Source: a virus
Taxonomy: Duplodnaviria; Heunggongvirae; Uroviricota; Caudoviricetes
DNA length: 64,000 bases
IMG/VR virus record: IMGVR_UViG_3300022555_000015
Direction: 5' to 3' (one strand)
The notes beneath the pieces are model-generated. The model did no database searches. It was not told the DNA's origin and was given only the letters and a program-made list of their open reading frames with translations. Of this stretch, positions 16,231 through 24,738 are shown piece by piece; position 1 is the first letter of the stretch, and each line of letters opens with the position of its first letter. The position numbers and the translations under genes are program-made.

Positions 16231-17225
16231 GCGTGAAGGCTTCTTTCTACGGCCCCTACATTACCCACGGTATTGTTGAACTGCCTACAGAAGTCCAGGC
16301 ACGAACCGGAACAGATGGGGTCCTGGTGTGTGTCATGTGTCTGGAACCAATTGAATCTCTCCAACCTTACTTCCCTCATGGTAGTCATCTCACCGATGGG
16401 TTTGCCCTGTTCCCTCATGTAGATGGGGCACGGGTAGTGGTTCCCACCAATGTAGGTCACTTCGTCCAGGACCAGGGGACAGCAATGGTTGTCAGTATCC
16501 CTTAATCCCCGAACCTCAACCTTAGCCTGGAGGTTCTTGATCCTGTACTTGAGGATTGGATGAGCATTGAGGATACCCTCCGGGATGCCCACGGCTTCCA
16601 TCGTTCGGCCACTCTGGGCAGCGGGAATGAGCCGGATGTCAGCCACCCCAAGATCATGGGCAAACTGAACGATCCCGGTTGCTTCCGGGAGATTTTTGTC
16701 AGTCAGGACCACACCTACGGTTGTGTAGACTCTGTGACTCAACCACCGAATGTTCTCGATGACCTTCTCCCACTGACCCTTCACACCGGCCATAGTGTTC
16801 CCGGTACTTGCACAGCAAGCATCCAGGGAGACACTGAAGTCATCCACCCCAGCCTGGATGAGTTCCTCATAGATTTCTCTCGGAGCGGACCCGTTGGTAG
16901 ACACAGCCACTCGGTCACAAGTGAGACTTGCGAGTCCTACCAGTAGTGGGAGCGACTTGTGGAGGGTCGGTTCACCACCAGAGAAGCGAATGTGCTTCAA
17001 TCCGTGGCTTTGCCACTCACTCAGGGTTCTGACGGCTTTTGCCAAGGGGAGGCTTCCTCGGTACTCAGGCTTGACCCCTCGGCAGTAGCCACATTTGAAG
17101 TTGCAGGCATCCGTGAGGATCATCTCGCATCGCCACAGGGGAGAGCAAGCACTGGTTTGGAGGGCCCTTGCGTCGGACAGGGTGTAGAAACCGATGTCAT
17201 CCAGTCTGGTCATGTGGGTACTCAT
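16227..17225 (-). CDS. radical SAM enzyme (MoaA/PqqE-like core with C-terminal Cys-rich auxiliary-cluster region)
   Basis: ILTDACNFKCGYC (CxxxCxxC), FSGGEPTLH; C-terminal CCPLV..NHYPCPIY..CSGSCLDFC; start set to MSTHM at 17225 downstream of motif 17246-17261. Confidence 0.7.
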   Translation of the reverse strand: MSTHMTRLDDIGFYTLSDARALQTSACSPLWRCEMILTDACNFKCGYCRGVKPEYRGSLPLAKAVRTLSEWQSHGLKHIRFSGGEPTLHKSLPLLVGLASLTCDRVAVSTNGSAPREIYEELIQAGVDDFSVSLDACCASTGNTMAGVKGQWEKVIENIRWLSHRVYTTVGVVLTDKNLPEATGIVQFAHDLGVADIRLIPAAQSGRTMEAVGIPEGILNAHPILKYRIKNLQAKVEVRGLRDTDNHCCPLVLDEVTYIGGNHYPCPIYMREQGKPIGEMTTMREVRLERFNWFQTHDTHQDPICSGSCLDFCRQFNNTVGNVGAVERSLHA

Positions 17226-17245
17226 ACTTACCACATCCAGGGGGA

Positions 17246-17261
17246 GACTTAACCTGGATTC
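17246..17261 (-). promoter_or_regulatory. conserved upstream motif, candidate promoter
   Basis: GACTTAACCTGGATTC on plus strand. Confidence 0.4.
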
Positions 17262-17575
17262 TTCTGTGTGAGTTTCAGGAGGGCTAGAGCAATGGTATGG
17301 ACCGGCTTGCAATTCTCACAGGGCCCGGGATGCCCATAGGTCGTTACTTCCTTGTCTGAGATACGGAAGTAGGCTCCACAGGTAGAGCAACTGAAGGCAA
17401 AGACAAGCTGCCAGAGAATCTCCAGGAAGCCCTTTCCTGTGTGTTCTTGGGCATGATCATGCTCCTTGCACACAAGGTAATCGAACAAGGAACGATGAGC
17501 TTTGCTATGACAGTGCAAGCAAGTTGGGAGTTCAACTTTTCTTAGCTCATAGAGAAACTCTGACAGGTCACTCAT
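17249..17575 (-). CDS. Cys/His-rich small protein (108 aa)
   Basis: CLHCHSKAH..CKEHDH..CSTCGAY..CENCKPVH. Confidence 0.45.
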   Translation of the reverse strand: MSDLSEFLYELRKVELPTCLHCHSKAHRSLFDYLVCKEHDHAQEHTGKGFLEILWQLVFAFSCSTCGAYFRISDKEVTTYGHPGPCENCKPVHTIALALLKLTQKNPG

Positions 17576-17940
17576 TGTCCATGTTCCTTGTAGAGAGGAT
17601 GGTTCTCAATGGTCTCGATATGGATGGCAACTAGCTTTGCGGGTCCAAGAATGGGTCCATAAACCCGTAGGTGCTGGTACACCTTCAGGGCTGGGTCTTC
17701 AATCTTACGGGCTTCACAGCAAGTCTCACAATCACAGACTTTGTAGTCCCTGATTCTATGTCCCTCTCCTACCCGTTTCTTATCACAGTACAGGCAGTAG
17801 AAACCATCTGGCATATCTACTTCCCCATCTTCAACCTTGACGAGAACCGTCTTGACTTGCCATAGATGGAAGCCGAACTGGCAACGGTGACGTACCCACC
17901 AGGAAGGAGACTTGGGTGTACTGAGAGTTCTGTAGGTCAT
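17572..17940 (-). CDS. Cys-rich small protein (122 aa)
   Basis: CLYCDKK..CDCETCCEARK; ATGA overlap with downstream gene. Confidence 0.45.
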   Translation of the reverse strand: MTYRTLSTPKSPSWWVRHRCQFGFHLWQVKTVLVKVEDGEVDMPDGFYCLYCDKKRVGEGHRIRDYKVCDCETCCEARKIEDPALKVYQHLRVYGPILGPAKLVAIHIETIENHPLYKEHGQ

Positions 17941-18041
17941 GCGTCAGACATCAACCCAAGCCTTTCGGCTTCCTCGTTGCCCATTCCGAGAATGACCATC
18001 TCTTCGTATGTGCCCGCCAAACTGGCGTGCCCTGAAGCTTG

Positions 18042-18566
18042 TCAATCGAACCCAGTATAATCGCACCCAGCCGAAACGAAGGCAAATCTCCCGTCCCGGA
18101 GCTTCACGGCTGCAAGCCAGTTGGCTTCATCCCTCTCACCATCATCCTTGGCAAAGACCTCTGCCACATCGAACATGGAGAAGCCCTTGGTGTCCCCTGT
18201 ATAGCCAGGGATGGGGTTGACGTTGGAGTCACAGAAGGCAAAGACCTCGTTCCACTCGTAATCGTGGAACTCCTTGAGGCCCAGATAGCCGTTACTGTAA
18301 GCAATTACAATGGACTCCGAAATTACACGGAGAAGCTCATTCTTATCCATCATCCCGGACGCAAAGCTAGGTGCCCACTCGCTTCGCTGCAAACCCTTGT
18401 CTGGGTACCAGTACCCCGTCATAATCTCAGGAGGGTCCCATCCCTTCGGGTCCAGAGACACCTGGACATCGAAGTTAGACCCATTGAACTCCACCTTAAC
18501 GAATAGGGTTTCCCCATAGGCGTTAGTCTGGATGTTTCGAACAGGATTGGGACCGTTGTGAGCCAT
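18042..18566 (-). CDS. hypothetical protein
   Basis: trimmed to MAHNGPNPV at 18566 to abut stop of upstream gene. Confidence 0.5.
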   Translation of the reverse strand: MAHNGPNPVRNIQTNAYGETLFVKVEFNGSNFDVQVSLDPKGWDPPEIMTGYWYPDKGLQRSEWAPSFASGMMDKNELLRVISESIVIAYSNGYLGLKEFHDYEWNEVFAFCDSNVNPIPGYTGDTKGFSMFDVAEVFAKDDGERDEANWLAAVKLRDGRFAFVSAGCDYTGFD

Positions 18567-19132
18567 CAGGGCTTCTCGATGACCTTGGCTGTGTAGACCC
18601 ACACCCAGGGGTTGTTCCCGGCTTCGCAGGTGCCCTTCATCCAGGTCTTGAGTTCTCCGTCCCAGTACTTGTAGTAGTGTTCTCGGCTCAACCAGCCCAT
18701 CCCGTTGACCTCATCCTTGGTCAAGTCCAGGATCTTGGTGAGCCGGATGCTGGTGATCTCGATGAAGTGCCGAGCATCCTGAGCCTTGAGGGTGTTGGCC
18801 CGGTTCCAGCCCTGGGCCCTCACAGCCGTTGTGTCATAGTCAGACTTGTAGATGACCTTCCCACCCTGATCGTGGGACCATGCTTCCTGGATGAAGAGCT
18901 TGGAGCCCGTCTTGAACCGGGGCCGAACCTCAGTGGTTCCCGACCCACAGCCCCCAGTGACGGTATGGAAGACAGCCACCTTGCCATCGAACTTGGGGGT
19001 GATGGCAGGCTCGATGCCTTGCCAGGACCGGCAGAGCATGACGAAGTTGATCTGCCCTACCTCCAGTTCAGCCATTGTGAACGGGGGAAGCTCGGTCTTG
19101 TCTCGGAGCTTGAGTGTAGCAAAACCAGTCAT
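18566..19132 (-). CDS. hypothetical protein (188 aa)
   Basis: ORF track; motif 19169-19186 upstream. Confidence 0.5.
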   Translation of the reverse strand: MTGFATLKLRDKTELPPFTMAELEVGQINFVMLCRSWQGIEPAITPKFDGKVAVFHTVTGGCGSGTTEVRPRFKTGSKLFIQEAWSHDQGGKVIYKSDYDTTAVRAQGWNRANTLKAQDARHFIEITSIRLTKILDLTKDEVNGMGWLSREHYYKYWDGELKTWMKGTCEAGNNPWVWVYTAKVIEKP

Positions 19133-19168
19133 ATTATCCTCTTACACCCCTCTTACCGTGGGATGGGG

Positions 19169-19186
19169 GATTCTTAACCTGGATTC
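19169..19186 (-). promoter_or_regulatory. conserved upstream motif, candidate promoter
   Basis: GATTCTTAACCTGGATTC on plus strand. Confidence 0.4.
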
Positions 19187-19389
19187 GTAGGCTTTCCCCA
19201 CGTTCTTGCACCGGGTAGGTTCTTCCAGGCCAGGGCATCAATGGCTTCAATCACATCTTCTCGGGCAAACCACTCTCCCCGGATGATGTCCAGGATGGTA
19301 TTCACGAACACGTTGGGTTCCAAGGGGTTAGGCCACTTGGCTTCCACCAGTGCCGTGACTCTGTTCCTATGTTCTTCCGGGGTTTCCAT
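19174..19389 (-). CDS. hypothetical protein (71 aa)
   Basis: trimmed to METPEEHRNR.. at 19389 (ATGA overlap with 19389..19676). Confidence 0.4.
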   Translation of the reverse strand: METPEEHRNRVTALVEAKWPNPLEPNVFVNTILDIIRGEWFAREDVIEAIDALAWKNLPGARTWGKPTNPG

Positions 19390-19676
19390 CAGGCATTCTT
19401 TGGGTGTTTGGCTTCCCAATGGAGCCCACTGAAGGTTACTCCCCCAGGGACAAAAGACATGGCAGCTAGGGCACTTGCCAGGACATTGAAAGCCTTGGCA
19501 GTCTCGCCCTTCTTGGGGCTCTTGTACATGATGATGTCTCCCTGTGAGACAAGTACATCTGCCCACTCCGGGAGTTTACGGGCGATCTCATCCCAGGGGA
19601 TTCGTTGGAGATCTGCGATCCTGAGAGGGACCGCAACCTCCAGAGTCATTTTCAGGAGTTCAGTGCCAGTGTCCAT
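19389..19676 (-). CDS. hypothetical protein (95 aa)
   Basis: ORF track; motif 19701-19717 upstream. Confidence 0.5.
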   Translation of the reverse strand: MDTGTELLKMTLEVAVPLRIADLQRIPWDEIARKLPEWADVLVSQGDIIMYKSPKKGETAKAFNVLASALAAMSFVPGGVTFSGLHWEAKHPKNA

Positions 19677-19700
19677 GTCCCTCTTACCTTGGACTGGCCG

Positions 19701-19717
19701 AAACTTAACCTGGAATT
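19701..19717 (-). promoter_or_regulatory. conserved upstream motif, candidate promoter
   Basis: AAACTTAACCTGGAATT on plus strand. Confidence 0.4.
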
Positions 19718-19730
19718 GGTGTAGGTGTGA

Positions 19731-19973
19731 CTAATACCTGAGAATCTCTTCGGCCCCCAGAGCAATCACGATGCTTCGGGCGTAGGCCAAGAGTCTCTCT
19801 CGGTCCTGGAGGTAGGTCTCCATTGCCGGGTCGGTGTCCCTGGTGTTCCTGGGGGGCTGATGGAGTCCCCCAGCAATGTTGCAGGCTTCAGTGACCTGTA
19901 GCTGGAGTCGTGCCCTATCGGACATGGTTCCAATGGGGTCTCCGAGGAAAATGGAATGTGTGAAGAGCTTCAT
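19731..19973 (-). CDS. hypothetical protein (80 aa)
   Basis: ORF track, first of 8 tightly packed small genes. Confidence 0.4.
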   Translation of the reverse strand: MKLFTHSIFLGDPIGTMSDRARLQLQVTEACNIAGGLHQPPRNTRDTDPAMETYLQDRERLLAYARSIVIALGAEEILRY

Positions 19974-19975
19974 TC

Positions 19976-20446
19976 TTACCTGTCAGGTGGGAAGCACAGG
20001 GTCACGGTCTTCAGGTAAGACAGGACTCTGGCTACCCCTCTCATTGGAACTTCGTGACCCCCGTAGAGAATCCTTGGAAGGGCCAGAAGGGCTTGTGTAA
20101 GGGAATCAAAAGTGACTTCTCCCGCAACCTTCTCTCGAAGGTCGGTCTCATAGGTGACCAACCGCCACTTGGAGGGTTGACGGAACTTATCCCTACCCAT
20201 CCATTGGAGTTCAACACCCTGGATAGTGAATACCGAAGCAGTTGAAGCCAGGAAGTACAGGGCATCCCGTTGCTGGACAAGAGAGCTTACCACGAGTCTG
20301 ATACTATCCATCCTGTGCTGGATAGGTCGTTCAAGCTCCTGCTGAAGGCTACTCAGGTATTCTCGCACCAGGGCATAGGGCTGCTTGTGCTCCTTCTCCC
20401 TGGTTTCCTCTACCATAGCATATCCATCACTGATGCCGTCGCTCAT
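19976..20446 (-). CDS. hypothetical protein (156 aa)
   Basis: ORF track. Confidence 0.5.
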   Translation of the reverse strand: MSDGISDGYAMVEETREKEHKQPYALVREYLSSLQQELERPIQHRMDSIRLVVSSLVQQRDALYFLASTASVFTIQGVELQWMGRDKFRQPSKWRLVTYETDLREKVAGEVTFDSLTQALLALPRILYGGHEVPMRGVARVLSYLKTVTLCFPPDR

Positions 20447-20640
20447 GGTGTACCTACAACCCTGGTGTAGTTGCCTTGTTCCAGGAACTTACAGAAGTCA
20501 TCTCGGTTCATGTCGGGAGCCCTACATGAATCCAAGATATATCTCCACTTCACCGTTGGGGTATTCTTTACCTCACCTTCCACCACTAGCAGAGGGGGCT
20601 CATGGCTAAAGGAAACATACATACCGTTTCTGATGTCCAT
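20443..20640 (-). CDS. hypothetical protein (65 aa)
   Basis: ATGA overlap. Confidence 0.4.
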   Translation of the reverse strand: MDIRNGMYVSFSHEPPLLVVEGEVKNTPTVKWRYILDSCRAPDMNRDDFCKFLEQGNYTRVVGTP

Positions 20641-20641
20641 G

Positions 20642-20989
20642 CTACTCTCTTTTGGTAGAAGGAAAAGCTTCCCTCAATGCTTTGATCAGTGCCTCTTGAG
20701 CCGCAAGGTTGAACTGCAAGGGTGCTAGAGACAGAGGAAGGTTGTCAGTGTGGATTACTCTATCGTAGAGAACTACGGTGGGGTAAACTCTATATTCCCT
20801 GGAGACAACGGTGAGCATCAGTAGGTGGTCTCCTAGTGTGAAGACAAACCCCCCAGCCTTTTGTGCTCCCATGCTGAGAGGGACAATTACCACCGTAGCT
20901 AAGTTACGGGTATTCCCGTCCAAGTCTCCAGTCAGGTTGATGTAGAGAATACGGGTGTAGAGCCTGGAGTCGATATCATACGTTGTCAT
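20642..20989 (-). CDS. hypothetical protein (115 aa)
   Basis: ORF track. Confidence 0.45.
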   Translation of the reverse strand: MTTYDIDSRLYTRILYINLTGDLDGNTRNLATVVIVPLSMGAQKAGGFVFTLGDHLLMLTVVSREYRVYPTVVLYDRVIHTDNLPLSLAPLQFNLAAQEALIKALREAFPSTKRE

Positions 20990-21209
20990 GCTTGTGCTTC
21001 TCCATGAACTCCAGGACTCTGGCTTCGAAGTAGTCCACTCCTGATTGGTTTCCTTGTACCAGGGGTCCTGACTTGATCTTCTCCGAAGCCCTGCATTTCA
21101 TACAGGCCAAGCTGTGCTCCCCTATGTTGTAGAAAATCCAGGCAGGAACACCCGGAAACTCATCCATCAGAGGAACCATCATTGGGTCTGACATTGGACT
21201 TAACCTCAT
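20976..21209 (-). CDS. hypothetical protein (77 aa)
   Basis: ORF track. Confidence 0.4.
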   Translation of the reverse strand: MRLSPMSDPMMVPLMDEFPGVPAWIFYNIGEHSLACMKCRASEKIKSGPLVQGNQSGVDYFEARVLEFMEKHKHDNV

Positions 21210-21411
21210 CCCAGAGTGTGATAATATCTTTGAAGATATCCACTTTGACTTCCATGCTACATAGCGGACAGGTAATAAAGGTATAGGAGTAGTCTCTCCC
21301 CTGATATTCTACAACCCCTGTCAACACGTCTTCCCGGTGATATTCCAAAATAGAGTTGCAGCAACAGGTTCTCAGGACTCGTCTGAGGTTGGTTCCTACT
21401 ACCTTTATCAT
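21160..21411 (-). CDS. zinc-ribbon protein (83 aa)
   Basis: CCCNS..CPLC pairs. Confidence 0.4.
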   Translation of the reverse strand: MIKVVGTNLRRVLRTCCCNSILEYHREDVLTGVVEYQGRDYSYTFITCPLCSMEVKVDIFKDIITLWDEVKSNVRPNDGSSDG

Positions 21412-21620
21412 GCTACCTCTATGCCTAGGCGTTTGAGGGCTTCCAGTGCGACTTCCAAATGCTTATTCAACTCTGTGCGTGAAGGCATGGAAGCCTGACG
21501 TATTTCAATGAGGACTTTCTCAGGCATCTCGGCTAGGTGCCATGTTTTAGGTGCCAGAAGCTTACCGTTCCAATCGAAGGTAGCTTCGGTGCCATCCTCA
21601 AAGGTAGCGATGTACTTCAT
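21408..21620 (-). CDS. hypothetical protein (70 aa)
   Basis: ATGA overlaps. Confidence 0.4.
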   Translation of the reverse strand: MKYIATFEDGTEATFDWNGKLLAPKTWHLAEMPEKVLIEIRQASMPSRTELNKHLEVALEALKRLGIEVA

Positions 21621-21952
21621 GGTTTACCCTGCACTACCAGGATGTTTGTCCCATCCTTGGCCTTGTAGGTAGTCACGACCATTGCAGAGGGTCCTACCAT
21701 GGTGGCTGTACCACACTTGGGGCACCGAACAAACTTTCGGGGATCATCTTGACTGAGGATGAAGGTGTCCACAGTATAGAGAAAGGAAATGAGATTATGA
21801 CAGTTATTACACTTCACGCAATGACGGACACTCTCAGCATTGCCCGTGAGCTCCAAATAGAACGTGACAGGGGTCTTTGCTTCAGGTCCGGTGAGGAGTT
21901 CAACCATAGTCCCTCTATTACCCCCGTAGAACGTGCCTAACCTTACTCCCAA
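21617..21952 (-). CDS. zinc-ribbon protein (111 aa)
   Basis: CVKCNNCHN...CPKCG. Confidence 0.45.
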   Translation of the reverse strand: MGVRLGTFYGGNRGTMVELLTGPEAKTPVTFYLELTGNAESVRHCVKCNNCHNLISFLYTVDTFILSQDDPRKFVRCPKCGTATMVGPSAMVVTTYKAKDGTNILVVQGKP

Positions 21953-22442
21953 CGGCCGAACCGATGAATTTACTCGGCACCCGTACTTTGCTTACGGGTC
22001 CAACATGGACACAGAGTTGATGCTAGCTGCTGTGCCTGATGCAGAATTGATAGGTACAGGAAGCTTGCTGGGCTACATCCTGGAGTTCAAAGGTCATTCC
22101 AGGCACCATACAGGGCATGGGGTTTGTACGATTGAAGTCAACCGTGGGCTAGTCCCAGGTGTTCTTTGGAAGGTACATGACCATAGGGCACTGGACACCA
22201 AGGAGGGTGTCCCTACGGCTTATACCATACACTTCTTGGATGCCAAGACACCAAAGGGCATGGTTCGATGCTGGACCTACCGGCATTTACCGGCAGAGTA
22301 CAACATCCCTGACATGGGTTACTATCGGTCAGTGCTGGAAGGGTGCAATGAACACGGGCTAACACAAAGCTGTGTCCGAGAAGCTCTTCAGAGGGTCTTA
22401 TTTCAGGTTGGCAGGAGAACTTTGGGGAACCGTCGCCCATAG
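21933..22442 (+). CDS. gamma-glutamyl cyclotransferase (GGCT/AIG2-like) family protein
   Basis: N-terminal YFAYGSNM motif (YxxYGSNL of GGCT fold); lone plus-strand gene overlapping minus genes at both ends. Confidence 0.5.
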   Translation: MPNLTPNGRTDEFTRHPYFAYGSNMDTELMLAAVPDAELIGTGSLLGYILEFKGHSRHHTGHGVCTIEVNRGLVPGVLWKVHDHRALDTKEGVPTAYTIHFLDAKTPKGMVRCWTYRHLPAEYNIPDMGYYRSVLEGCNEHGLTQSCVREALQRVLFQVGRRTLGNRRP

Positions 22443-22814
22443 CTGTTCACCACCGTTGTAGTGGTGAACTTCATCTCTATCAAACACAACCGTCAGTGGC
22501 TTTCCCGACTTGTCAGCAAGTCTGATAGAATACTCGGTCCCTTTACTTCGGCCATCCCAAAATGCCACTACCCATTCACTGTTTTCAATGATGTATTCAT
22601 TACGGACAAAGCCCGCAGCCCGACCTTGCTTCTGCCAATTTGCTCTGTAGATAAGCTTCTGGAGACCATTCTCGTTGGCTCTGACTTCGGCTAGGGTATC
22701 TACACCCCTAGCACCCCCAGAGACAAGGATGGTGTCTGTCGGGAGACGGTCCATGAACTCAAGGACCAATTCCCAATACTGGTAGTCCCTGGAACCGATG
22801 ACCCCTATCTTCAT
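22398..22814 (-). CDS. SLOG/DprA-like Rossmann-fold protein (DUF2493-like)
   Basis: KIGVIGSRDY..VSGGARGVDTLAEVRA resembles DprA/SLOG GxARGxDxxAH motif. Confidence 0.5.
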   Translation of the reverse strand: MKIGVIGSRDYQYWELVLEFMDRLPTDTILVSGGARGVDTLAEVRANENGLQKLIYRANWQKQGRAAGFVRNEYIIENSEWVVAFWDGRSKGTEYSIRLADKSGKPLTVVFDRDEVHHYNGGEQLWATVPQSSPANLK

Positions 22815-23020
22815 TTGTCCAGCTTCACGATGTCATCCCAGAGTTCTTTGGTGAGGTACATGACATCCCTTCTTAGGGGTTGCTTGTACATACGGTCCAA
22901 GACCACCTGGAGAGGCTCCCGTGCTGGAGGCAGAAGAATCTTGTCCAGTTCCGCAAGGAACCTCTCATCTTCAGCTTTCTGAAGCTCTTCCAGATAAAAT
23001 GGTGGGTACTTCGGGCTCAT
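22811..23020 (-). CDS. hypothetical protein (69 aa)
   Basis: ATGA overlap. Confidence 0.4.
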   Translation of the reverse strand: MSPKYPPFYLEELQKAEDERFLAELDKILLPPAREPLQVVLDRMYKQPLRRDVMYLTKELWDDIVKLDK

Positions 23021-23049
23021 ACCTTCGGCTTAGGATAGGCAATCAATAC

Positions 23050-23613
23050 CTAGAACCCCAGGTACTTGAGTTCATCGTAGGAAAGCTGATGCTGGACACC
23101 TGGGTCGATATTCCGAGCGATCAGGTTCAGCTTCTCAAGCTGATTCTTCTCGGATTCGATCAGGCTGGACTCCTGTCCAATCTCAGCAATCTTGCCAGCC
23201 GGGATGTCAGCACGGAACTTGGGGCCTTCATCCTCGCTCCCATCACTCAGTACCGTGCTCTTGTATTCGATCCTGCCACGGTTTCCAGCATACATCTGGG
23301 CCAGAGCGAACAGGTCCGCTGGGGTGATGTTGTACTTCTCACAGACTGTAGAGATTCGTACCTGACGTTCCTTGATCTTGGCTGAAACCTGAACTGCCTT
23401 GGCCTCTGCCTTGGCCTTGATCTCAGAACCAAGCTTGGTGAACTTCAACTGGCCGAACATGTGCTCGATGTGAATGCCTTCCATGGGGTCCTCTCTGTAG
23501 TGGTCAATGAGACTGTACCGACGTTTACTGATGTCATCAAGGCTGATGACAGGTGAAGACAACCCTTGCCAAACAGGGGGGAGTACTTCACCCGGATCTA
23601 GGTAACTTTGCAT
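23050..23613 (-). CDS. hypothetical protein (187 aa)
   Basis: ORF track. Confidence 0.5.
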   Translation of the reverse strand: MQSYLDPGEVLPPVWQGLSSPVISLDDISKRRYSLIDHYREDPMEGIHIEHMFGQLKFTKLGSEIKAKAEAKAVQVSAKIKERQVRISTVCEKYNITPADLFALAQMYAGNRGRIEYKSTVLSDGSEDEGPKFRADIPAGKIAEIGQESSLIESEKNQLEKLNLIARNIDPGVQHQLSYDELKYLGF

Positions 23614-23839
23614 GGGAACTCAAAGGAGAGCACAGGTAGATGGTCTGTCAGAGGGAGTAGGGAGTCTAAGCCAAACCTCCCCATGCCTATCGGAACCTTC
23701 CGGTCTGACGAGGGTATCCACTAAGGGAGCGACCCGTTGTAGATAAACTCCTAACCACCCAATCGTGGCTTTCGAGGGCATCTTTCAACACCGTTTCTCG
23801 ATTGCCTGTGCTCTCCTTTGAATCTCCATGTGGGGGACT

Positions 23840-24400
23840 CAATCAAGTACACGGGGTAAACGGTGAGGGTGAGAAGGGGTACGGGAATGCCGAACCCGCC
23901 TAATCCGACCCACACCAAGAGATGGGTTGCCGTAGCGAGCAGCGCACCCACCTTAACCCTGTCCCGTCCGGTTGCGGCTTCCATGAACTGGGATAACCAG
24001 TCTGTAACAACCGCCCCATGTACTTGATTGAATCCCCTATCAGAACATCAACCTCAAAACTCTTCTCAAGGATCGAGTACACCATGCCGTGAACTCATCA
24101 CAGTCACACTTGATGCACCCGTGCAAAGGAAAGTGATGCACCCGTGCAAAGGAAAGTGATACATGAAGCTGTGTCTACAACGACTGCAATCACCTACCAT
24201 TGTCCTTCTCCTGTCAAGACTCTCAAAGGAACTCACGAGGTAAACGGTTAGGGGAAGAAGCTGTGAAGATTTGCTGATCTCCCGTGGGCCTCTTGCACTC
24301 CAAAGATCCTCTGGGGTATGAATCCCAGATTCCCTCTGTCCCGTCCAGTTGCAGCAATCGTAGCCCGTTAGAACTACTAATCAACCGCCCCATGAGCTCC
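23840..24400. repeat. two diverged direct copies (~170 bp each, ~60-70 percent identical; about 23840-24010 and 24215-24400) of a non-coding element
   Basis: shared blocks acgGgtaaacggtNaggg..gaag, cTgtcccgtccRgttgcRgc, caaccgccccatg in same order and orientation; protein frames not conserved between copies. Confidence 0.5.
24115..24160. repeat. perfect 2 x 23-bp tandem direct repeat gcacccgtgcaaaggaaagtgat (iteron-like) between the two diverged copies
   Basis: exact duplication read directly. Confidence 0.85.
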
Positions 24401-24418
24401 TTTGAGAGCCTTGAGTGA

Positions 24419-24569
24419 AAGAGATTGAAGGAACCGAGAGGCAGACCCTCTGTGATCGAACCGTGGACTAATGTTCGTCATACCCAAGGGGGATAGGTAG
24501 GACGTATTTCATCCTTGGACGTGATCCTCGGGCGTTCCTTGGAACGTCCTCTCGGCTCCTTCAATCTCT
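24419..24569. repeat. 22-bp inverted repeat (1 mismatch) agagattgaaggaaccgagagg / cctctcggctccttcaatctct with 106-nt spacer containing nested near-palindrome gggcgttcc-tt-ggaacgtcc
   Basis: read directly; could form a long stem-loop or cruciform. Confidence 0.7.
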
Positions 24570-24715
24570 CTCACACCTAACATCTTACTCCCATCCCCAG
24601 GAATTTTACCCGCATCATACACTCGGCTGATACGATTCCAATGGTTCATCCGGTCTAGCCAGCGATGATGCTCGTCAAGAGCTTCCTGAACACCGTAGGG
24701 CATCGTTACCTCCAA
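24509..24715 (-). CDS. possible small protein (68 aa)
   Basis: protein-like sequence (HRWLDRMNHWNRISRVYDAG) immediately downstream of HD gene, but overlaps inverted-repeat arm. Confidence 0.3.
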   Translation of the reverse strand: MEVTMPYGVQEALDEHHRWLDRMNHWNRISRVYDAGKIPGDGSKMLGVREIEGAERTFQGTPEDHVQG

Positions 24716-24738
24716 TGGACTCGGGTATAGCAGACCTA

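Noticed and set aside
16959-17252. Plus-strand ORFs inside the radical SAM gene (16233-16505, 16560-16946, 16959-17252)
   Set aside because: They are antisense to the CxxxCxxC-containing frame.
23690-23730. Hammerhead-like core CUGACGAG
   Set aside because: It has no downstream GAAA or stem II/III partners, so it is not a hammerhead ribozyme.
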